From positions 1 through 50,512 of IMG/VR virus record IMGVR_UViG_3300038365_000119: a stretch of 50,512 nt of DNA. One strand, given 5' to 3'. Below are positions 44,995 through 50,512 of this stretch, one piece after another. Numbering within the stretch: position 1 is the first letter of the stretch; every line of letters starts with the position of its first letter. The notes beneath the pieces are model-generated. The model searched no databases. It was not told where the DNA came from and worked only from the letters and a program-made list of their open reading frames with translations. Source of the DNA: a virus (Duplodnaviria > Caudoviricetes). The position numbers and the translations under genes are program-made.

Positions 44995-45954
44995 TCAGTT
45001 TTCAGTTTTGCGATAGAAAGCGGCGCGGAAGCCGAAGTTGTGATACACGTTCGAGCGCGGACTGATCAAGTGCAGGGCACCCACGCCCGCGTTGGACGCA
45101 TTGATCCAGTACGCCCCGCGACACGGCAACCGCTCGCCCTCGGTATCAACCCATAACCATCCGTCGTTTTCAGCGTCGGAGGCGGGGAAGAGGGACAGGG
45201 CTTTCAACAGTTCGGGGGCTTCAATGTCAGCTTCTACGTCTGCCCAGCGGCAACCGTCCCAATCCTCGCCGCTCTCTTCATTCGTCAGCCGAATACTGCC
45301 GTCGTCAACCGCGTACCGCGTCGGCTTGCCGTCAAACAGAACAGGGGTCCAAAGCTTGCTTTTTTCGGAAGTGTCAACCGGATTCGCGGCGTTGTTGTTC
45401 TCGATCACCTGAATTTCTCCGTTCATCAGCCGCAAGCCCGCAATCATTTCCCACACGTTGCCGCAAAGGTCCTGAACCCCGTATGGGGTGTGGTCGTGCG
45501 CCCATGTCGCCGGGCCGCTCCCAGCAAGCGTCATTCCTCCGTAAGCGCAAACCTCGCCGCGCTCCGACGGGTCCGCATGGTAGCTTCCGAATTTCGTATT
45601 TCCGTGCGGCGGGGTGCCTTTCCGCTTGCTGTCAAGCACAAGAAACGCCGATTCCGGCAAGGTCATCAAATGCCAGCCAGGTCCTTTCGAAAAACAGGCT
45701 TCCGCCGCCTGTTCGTTCGTCAGGCCGGTGGCGGGCTTCATGTAGGGCATGGAGTAGGCTTTTCCGTTGATGATCGTGTTCGGGTACTTCGAAATGAAAA
45801 TTTCGTCCACCTCTTTGCCGTCAATGATGAACATAGGGTGGGTGGTGTCGGAGCCGCCGGGGAACAGGTCGGAATTTTTCTCTTTCGTGAAGCGCACCAT
45901 GATAGACGGAATCCCCGCTTCATCGAAAACCACCACGTTGTTTGCGTTAATCAT
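44995..45954 (-). CDS. DGR target protein 2 (paralog of target 1) in the early region
   Basis: GIPSIMV, ISKYPN, GWHLMT, PHGNT, GSGPATWAH, DLCGNVWE shared with 10798-11877; contains VR2. Confidence 0.88.
   Translation of the reverse strand: MINANNVVVFDEAGIPSIMVRFTKEKNSDLFPGGSDTTHPMFIIDGKEVDEIFISKYPNTIINGKAYSMPYMKPATGLTNEQAAEACFSKGPGWHLMTLPESAFLVLDSKRKGTPPHGNTKFGSYHADPSERGEVCAYGGMTLAGSGPATWAHDHTPYGVQDLCGNVWEMIAGLRLMNGEIQVIENNNAANPVDTSEKSKLWTPVLFDGKPTRYAVDDGSIRLTNEESGEDWDGCRWADVEADIEAPELLKALSLFPASDAENDGWLWVDTEGERLPCRGAYWINASNAGVGALHLISPRSNVYHNFGFRAAFYRKTEN
45019..45134 (-). repeat. DGR variable repeat VR2
   Basis: 116-bp match to TR with 8 substitutions, all at TR adenines. Confidence 0.95.
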
Positions 45955-46255
45955 CGTTTTTACCTCCTGAATTTGTATTTTGAATTTTTGAACCGCTGTC
46001 TTTGAACATGTCGAAAAAGTCGCCGATTGTCCGGGAAATCAGCCAGTACCATAAGGGGAGAAAAAGCAGGAAGAATTCGCCCCCGATGGCCTTATAACCC
46101 CGCTGTATGTACGCATAATCGGAAGCCGACTTGAAAAGAAAAATCCCGCTAACCGCCAAAACAATGTATTTTGCAATGGTTCGTCCGCTTATTCTTCGGG
46201 CCGCTGTGCTTGTCCCGCTTTCGGTCTGAATGGGTCTTGATGTAATCTGCGCCAT
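45947..46255 (-). CDS. Small membrane protein
   Basis: Two hydrophobic segments around QRGYKAIGGE. Confidence 0.6.
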   Translation of the reverse strand: MAQITSRPIQTESGTSTAARRISGRTIAKYIVLAVSGIFLFKSASDYAYIQRGYKAIGGEFFLLFLPLWYWLISRTIGDFFDMFKDSGSKIQNTNSGGKNDD

Positions 46256-46644
46256 TCCTCTTCCAATCCTTTCTTCCTTAATAGATAGGCAAGGCCCGCC
46301 GCCCTTTCAACTTCCTGTACGCTGATCGCCTTGTCGTCAATGTAAAGGTCTGCATAAACCTTGCGTCCGTCACTGTGTGAAAGCCCGTACCGCTCCGGGT
46401 AACGGTTCCCCGGATTTTCATTGACCGCGAAAAGCGGTATTTCCTGCGCCTTGCAGAAGTCTAAAGCTTCATCAAGAAGCGGGCGCGTCCCGTTCTCCCG
46501 GCACGTGTGCAAAATGATCTTTGACCCTTGCGCCGCTAACCATTTCACATAAGTAATCACAAGTATTTTTGGCTCCCCGATTTCCGGGAAAGCGTCTGTG
46601 CATAGCGTCCCGTCAAAATCGACGGCAACGAATTCATACTTCAT
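46189..46644 (-). CDS. HAD-superfamily phosphatase-like protein
   Basis: VAVDFDGTL, IILHTCR, RKVYADLYIDDK. Confidence 0.8.
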   Translation of the reverse strand: MKYEFVAVDFDGTLCTDAFPEIGEPKILVITYVKWLAAQGSKIILHTCRENGTRPLLDEALDFCKAQEIPLFAVNENPGNRYPERYGLSHSDGRKVYADLYIDDKAISVQEVERAAGLAYLLRKKGLEEEWRRLHQDPFRPKAGQAQRPEE

Positions 46645-46847
46645 GCCCCGGCCCCCTTTGCAGGTTCTACCCGGCTGGCCTCCGCAATCGTTACGCTGTG
46701 CCCGCTCCTGTCCTGTAATTCCGCCTGAACAGCAACCCTGTTCCCGCTCCGGCGGTAAATGATCGCCGAAATACATTTATATGTAATCCCGCCGTTTATG
46801 ACCGGCGTTCCGGCCTTGAATGCGCTTTTCAGTTCTTCACCTGTCAT
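46641..46847 (-). CDS. Hypothetical protein
   Basis: 68-aa coupled ORF MTGEELKSAF... Confidence 0.55.
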   Translation of the reverse strand: MTGEELKSAFKAGTPVINGGITYKCISAIIYRRSGNRVAVQAELQDRSGHSVTIAEASRVEPAKGAGA

Positions 46848-46979
46848 GTCAACCCCGCTTTCTTTTCCTGATCTGCTCTTCTTCCTCGCGGCTACACCGC
46901 CCGGAAACGACAAAACAGCAATACAGCATAAAAACCAGCGCCGAACAGATAACAATAATCGTCACGATAAGAGCGGTTT

Positions 46980-47522
46980 TCATTCTCTGTCCCTCTTTCC
47001 GTCATCGTCACCGCACCGCCTTTCAGTTGTATATACGCCATCAATAAATTCTTTAATCAACTTATAGCCGCAACCGTGATTTCCTTTGTCGCGTTTGTAA
47101 TATATCTTTTCTTTTGCCTTTAATTTATTTCCCTCAAGCATTGTCCCGTTCACAAAGTCCATAAGTTTTACCATGTATGAAATATCTGTATTTCCGTTTA
47201 TGAAGAAAGGGATAAGCGCATTTATATTTTTATATGGCAACCATTGTTCAACATAATTAGGCCAATACTCTTCAAATCCTTTCCATTCTTTTATGGCATT
47301 TTTGCACCATGCGGCAGGAATAAAGCTGGAACAGATTGTCCCTGCATGCTGGTTGCAGTCATATGATTTAAAAAATGGTCTGCCGAATTGAATTACTTTG
47401 TGGTCAATTCGTTTGCAAATAGATTCGTTCCTGTCAGCGTCAACCTTAAAATATTTGCATTCTCCGCAATGGTAATTTTCAACTTCTCGTTGTTCGCACA
47501 TGTAGCCATTCAATCCTCCCAT
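46980..47522 (-). CDS. AT-rich, Cys-containing hypothetical protein
   Basis: HCGECKYF..ICKR..; visibly more AT-rich than its neighbours; start uncertain. Confidence 0.55.
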   Translation of the reverse strand: MGGLNGYMCEQREVENYHCGECKYFKVDADRNESICKRIDHKVIQFGRPFFKSYDCNQHAGTICSSFIPAAWCKNAIKEWKGFEEYWPNYVEQWLPYKNINALIPFFINGNTDISYMVKLMDFVNGTMLEGNKLKAKEKIYYKRDKGNHGCGYKLIKEFIDGVYTTERRCGDDDGKRDRE

Positions 47523-47539
47523 TCCAGATTCGCCGCGGT

Positions 47540-47713
47540 TTACATGCCCGCCAGCATTTCTCCGAAATCCGCCGCCGTCATGCTCTCCCATTCGCGCAAA
47601 TTCTTTTTCAGGTGCTTGTTTTCGGCGCGCAACTGTTTTACTTCCTTAATAAGCCGCTGTGCGTCTGCTGGGTCCTGAATCGTTCCGCTTTTAAGAATCT
47701 GCGCAATGGTCAT
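47540..47713 (-). CDS. Small coiled-coil protein (57 aa, not in the ORF track)
   Basis: MTIAQILKSGTIQDPADAQRLIKEVKQLRAENKHLKKNLREWESM... Confidence 0.45.
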   Translation of the reverse strand: MTIAQILKSGTIQDPADAQRLIKEVKQLRAENKHLKKNLREWESMTAADFGEMLAGM

Positions 47714-47877
47714 TTCCGATCACCCGCTTTCAGGGAAATTTCGTATTCCGTCCCGTAGCGACGGCGCTTGCACCTCCAGCACGTGATTTTCTGATTTCTG
47801 CCGCCTACGCGTTTCAGATTGTGCGTTTTTTGAAGTTCAAGGACGCACGGCAAGCAGAATTGACGTTTAATCGCCAT
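47710..47877 (-). CDS. Small Cys-rich basic protein (55 aa, not in the ORF track)
   Basis: MAIKRQFCLPC...KITCWRCKRRRYG; ATGA overlap with the next gene. Confidence 0.5.
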   Translation of the reverse strand: MAIKRQFCLPCVLELQKTHNLKRVGGRNQKITCWRCKRRRYGTEYEISLKAGDRK

Positions 47878-47901
47878 CTTCACCGTTCCTTTTATAAGTT
47901 T

Positions 47902-48162
47902 TTATACCCCGTCGAATTCTGGCATCAATGCCCACCAAATATCGCATTGCTTCTTCATGCGCACTGGGTCGCTTACCCCGCAATGGTGGTGAAACCATAA
48001 CTTTTTTCCGTCGTGGTCGGTTTCAAACGTGCCAACGTCGTACCCCTCTTTATAGGCAAGGGCGGCGTGTCTGTCTTTCGGCGCTATCCGCAAGGCAACC
48101 AAAGTTCCTACGGGCGGTTGATACTCTTTCCGCCGCAAGTCAAGGCGTGTCCACTTTTGCAT
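47902..48162 (-). CDS. Hypothetical protein
   Basis: ATG after GGAGGGG RBS. Confidence 0.5.
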   Translation of the reverse strand: MQKWTRLDLRRKEYQPPVGTLVALRIAPKDRHAALAYKEGYDVGTFETDHDGKKLWFHHHCGVSDPVRMKKQCDIWWALMPEFDGV

Positions 48163-48169
48163 GATGTTT

Positions 48170-48553
48170 TCACCCCTCCGCTTTACAGATTGCCGTATCA
48201 AGCCGCTGGTAAATGCAAACTGCTTCGCGCCCGACGTTCGGGCTTTCCGGCCTGAACTTCACAACATATTCCCGATGGCTCGCGCTTGCGTGTAACTGCT
48301 CGGCGAACCGGATTGCGTTTCTCCATGCCGTCCGCCGGTCCCGCTCCAGCCATGCGGCTTTCTCCGCCTCCTTGCTGTCGAACCGCTCAAACGAATAAAG
48401 GCCACCGGCGATTTCAACCGTAACGCGGAGCGCAAGGGTATAACGCGCGTCGTTTTCGTACTCGCTCCATTCAGCCCGCTTGTTCGGCGCGTTCCTCGAC
48501 GAAATTAGCATAGCCGCCGGGTTGTCCCAATCCGGAAATTGAATTTCTTTCAT
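48170..48553 (-). CDS. Hypothetical protein
   Basis: 127-aa coupled ORF. Confidence 0.55.
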   Translation of the reverse strand: MKEIQFPDWDNPAAMLISSRNAPNKRAEWSEYENDARYTLALRVTVEIAGGLYSFERFDSKEAEKAAWLERDRRTAWRNAIRFAEQLHASASHREYVVKFRPESPNVGREAVCIYQRLDTAICKAEG

Positions 48554-48756
48554 AGTGCGTCCTGCCTTTCTAATGGTTTACCTGTATAGCGGTTCTTTCC
48601 GGTCCGCTCCAATTCGTCCCCGATTCTGCGGCGGACCCGCGCGTCAAGCAAATCAATGAACCTTGTCCATGCTTCAAGCGGGTTTTCGCTTTTGCATTCT
48701 GCCAGCGCATCGTCCGCAACCGCCGAAATATACGCCGTCAACTCCGTTTTCGTCAT
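48550..48756 (-). CDS. Hypothetical protein
   Basis: 68-aa coupled ORF. Confidence 0.5.
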   Translation of the reverse strand: MTKTELTAYISAVADDALAECKSENPLEAWTRFIDLLDARVRRRIGDELERTGKNRYTGKPLERQDAL

Positions 48757-48808
48757 AGGCTCACCCGCCCTTTGCCGGTCGCGGCGTAAATGTCTTTCGG
48801 CTTGTCCA

Positions 48809-49021
48809 TCACCGCGCCGCCTTTCCGACTTTAAGCGTCAACCACCATCCGGGGTTGTTCCGCTGTGCCTCGTTCGGGCACTTGTCGCAATTCTCCGCGG
48901 CGCACCCGGCACAATACCGTTCCTGAAAAGCTTTATCCCACGGACCCTCTAAAATCGGCAGGGACCGCAAGAACGCGCCCAGCGCCTCCGGGCTTTTCGT
49001 CACCCTTTCAAACTCCGTCAC
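48809..49021 (-). CDS. Small Cys-cluster protein
   Basis: GTG after GGAGG; YCAGCAAENCDKCP. Confidence 0.55.
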   Translation of the reverse strand: MTEFERVTKSPEALGAFLRSLPILEGPWDKAFQERYCAGCAAENCDKCPNEAQRNNPGWWLTLKVGKAAR

Positions 49022-49055
49022 CGTCAAAACCTCCGTTCCAGATTCGCCGCGGCTG

Positions 49056-49307
49056 TTATGCTTCGGCAACGACGCGCCCGCGCCGCTTGAAATTGGCTTG
49101 TACCGTCTGCTGTGCAAGAACGGGGTTGTAGCCCTGCCGCTGGTTGCGGTCAAGCTCTCCGGTTGCGCCTCGCTTCAATTCCCGGTAGATCGTCGCCGGG
49201 GTTACTCCCAGCCGTTCGGCAATATCCGCCGGGCGGTCGCCGGACAAATACCATTTCGCAATTTTCCGTCTGTCCTCAAAATCAAGGTATTTATACTTTC
49301 CCGCCAT
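49056..49307 (-). CDS. Stand-alone IS30-type HTH protein (83 aa), first gene of the early operon
   Basis: KYKYLDFEDRRKIAKW..DIAERLGVTPATIYRELKRG..YNP aligns with transposase N-terminus RFKHLSKTDRYKIEAL..EIAEELHVHISTVYRELKRG..YNP. Confidence 0.85.
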   Translation of the reverse strand: MAGKYKYLDFEDRRKIAKWYLSGDRPADIAERLGVTPATIYRELKRGATGELDRNQRQGYNPVLAQQTVQANFKRRGRVVAEA

Positions 49308-49381
49308 GCTTTCACCCCGTTTCCGCTGTGTTTCCGTCTAAAATCAAGCAAAAAAATAAATGCGTCAGAGGCTTGAACCTC

Positions 49382-49400
49382 TTTCGCATTTAATGTTACA
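49382..49400 (-). repeat. Right terminal inverted repeat
   Basis: Reverse complement tgtaacatTAAATGCGAAA shares an 11-bp core with the left end. Confidence 0.65.
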
Positions 49401-49433
49401 ATCTTCAAAAATAAAAAAAATTGAAAAAACCAT

Positions 49434-49462
49434 TTGACAGAGCAGGGATGGCGTGCTATACT
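49434..49462 (+). promoter_or_regulatory. Host sigma-A promoter of the csp gene
   Basis: TTGACA (49434-49439), 17 bp, TG-c-TATACT (49457-49462). Confidence 0.8.
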
Positions 49463-49587
49463 ATAACCGTATTCTAAATGTACTAAATGGACTCGCATCT
49501 TTATGTAAGTCATAGTTCTTTTATGATTTACGAAGATGCGTTTTTTTATTTAACAAATTGGATATAATATTTTTGGAGGTGCTCTCA

Positions 49588-49797
49588 ATGGAGACAGGGA
49601 CAGTAAAATGGTTTAACGCAGATAAAGGGTATGGCTTTATCGCAAATGATAACGGCGGCGACGACGTTTTCGTTCATTTTTCGGCGATTGTGGCCGACGG
49701 CTACAAAAGCCTGACGGAAGGCCAGAAGGTAACCTTTGACGTGGAAACCGACCCCCGCAACGGCAAGCTGAAGGCTGCCAATGTAAAGCCCGCCTGA
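49588..49797 (+). CDS. cspA: Cold-shock protein (CspA family)
   Basis: [40 protein letters not shown]; GGAGGT RBS. Confidence 0.95.
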   Translation: METGTVKWFNADKGYGFIANDNGGDDVFVHFSAIVADGYKSLTEGQKVTFDVETDPRNGKLKAANVKPA

Positions 49798-49814
49798 TAG
49801 CGGTCTTGCAAAAG

Positions 49815-49862
49815 CAAATAGCGCAGGGCGCAGGTGAAAACCTGTGTCCTGCGCTATTTTGC
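49815..49862. terminator. Bidirectional terminator
   Basis: aaatagcgcagggcgcagg-tgaaaa-cctgtgtcctgcgctattt between convergent genes. Confidence 0.7.
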
Positions 49863-49899
49863 TGTCATGGGGAAGCTTGCGGCTGTGCCGCAGGTTGTT

Positions 49900-50445
49900 T
49901 CATTTTTTGCGCGCTGCATTGCCGGGCGGCTCCAGCTCCCCCAGAAATCCGCTCAGAATTTCAATATGGCGCTCCTCGTCCAGAATGATCCGGCGGAACA
50001 GGCTGTCGATGCTGTCGTTGTCGATACGGCCGATCATCATCTTGTAATGGGCGATCGCATCCTTTTCCCCTTTGATATCGGCCTTTAAAATCGGAATCAG
50101 GTCGCAGTGATAATCCGGGAAGCTGCCGCTCCAGTACTGGTTGGAAACGCATGACACAAAGAAAGGGTTCATCCCCAGGTCGCGGATCAGCCTGCCCAGC
50201 AGATCCAGATGGATCATTTCCACTTGGGAGATTCCGAGATAAGCCGCGTGGATCTTCGGGTATTTTTCCAGGAAGAAGCGGTGGGCCGTGTATTGGGTGA
50301 TGGCTGTCAGCTCGGAACCCCGGCCCGCGTAGCCGTCGGAAACGAGGATGGCATAGCGCCGGTCGGGCTTCGTAATCTCAACCTTGGGATAGGGAAGGTT
50401 GACCCGGTAAGATAGGGGTTCCGGCCTGTTGCTGTTGTTTTCCAT
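49900..50445 (-). CDS. Host ferritin-like di-metal protein (Mn-catalase/rubrerythrin-like)
   Basis: SELTAITQY, EMIHLDLLG, GEKDAIAHY, RIILDEERH (paired ExxH). Confidence 0.8.
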   Translation of the reverse strand: MENNSNRPEPLSYRVNLPYPKVEITKPDRRYAILVSDGYAGRGSELTAITQYTAHRFFLEKYPKIHAAYLGISQVEMIHLDLLGRLIRDLGMNPFFVSCVSNQYWSGSFPDYHCDLIPILKADIKGEKDAIAHYKMMIGRIDNDSIDSLFRRIILDEERHIEILSGFLGELEPPGNAARKK

Positions 50446-50512
50446 GGGTACTGCCTCCTTTTGTTTTACCTGTTAAAGAGTATGCGGGAAAAACAAAAAT
50501 TAGAGCAGGCAC

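Larger units (their letters stand above)
2607..49400. mobile_element. Prophage (lambda-like head, contractile tail) bounded by IS30-like ends, carrying a DGR
   Basis: Head, tail, lysis and early modules all present; IS30 transposase at the left end, IS30-type HTH at the right end, terminal inverted repeats, host genes on both sides. Confidence 0.9.

Noticed and set aside
1-50512. CRISPR array, tRNA or rRNA genes, tyrosine/serine integrase
   Set aside because: None seen by eye: no regularly spaced repeat-spacer units, cloverleafs or recombinase motifs. A dedicated scan was not run.

Overview
The window is mostly one apparently complete ~46.8 kb prophage (~2607-49400) in a Firmicutes (probably Clostridia) chromosome, between a host cell-wall hydrolase/Arc-like gene pair on the left and a cold-shock gene and ferritin-like gene on the right. 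It has a lambda-like head module (GpA terminase, portal, ClpP-type protease, capsid E, decoration D) and a P2/Mu-like contractile tail. It has no tyrosine or serine integrase. Instead a full-length IS30-family DDE transposase sits at the left end, a stand-alone IS30-type HTH gene sits at the right end, and imperfect terminal inverted repeats bound it, so the phage is laid out like one giant IS30 element. It carries a diversity-generating retroelement (RT, Avd, 116-bp TR) with two targets: a tail-region gene next to the cassette (11 TR/VR differences) and a paralog ~34 kb away in the early region (8 differences). All 19 differences are at TR adenines, and both targets share a downstream GAAA hairpin. 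The RT appears to start at ACG. Other signals: a variant hammerhead-like ribozyme fold, a 16-bp operator shared by the transposase promoter and a small regulatory cassette, an HUH Rep with an upstream antisense RNA plus ParA/ParB and parS-like palindromes, a -1 frameshift in the tail chaperone, and two homopolymer-frameshifted genes. All product calls come from motif recognition by eye; no database search was run.
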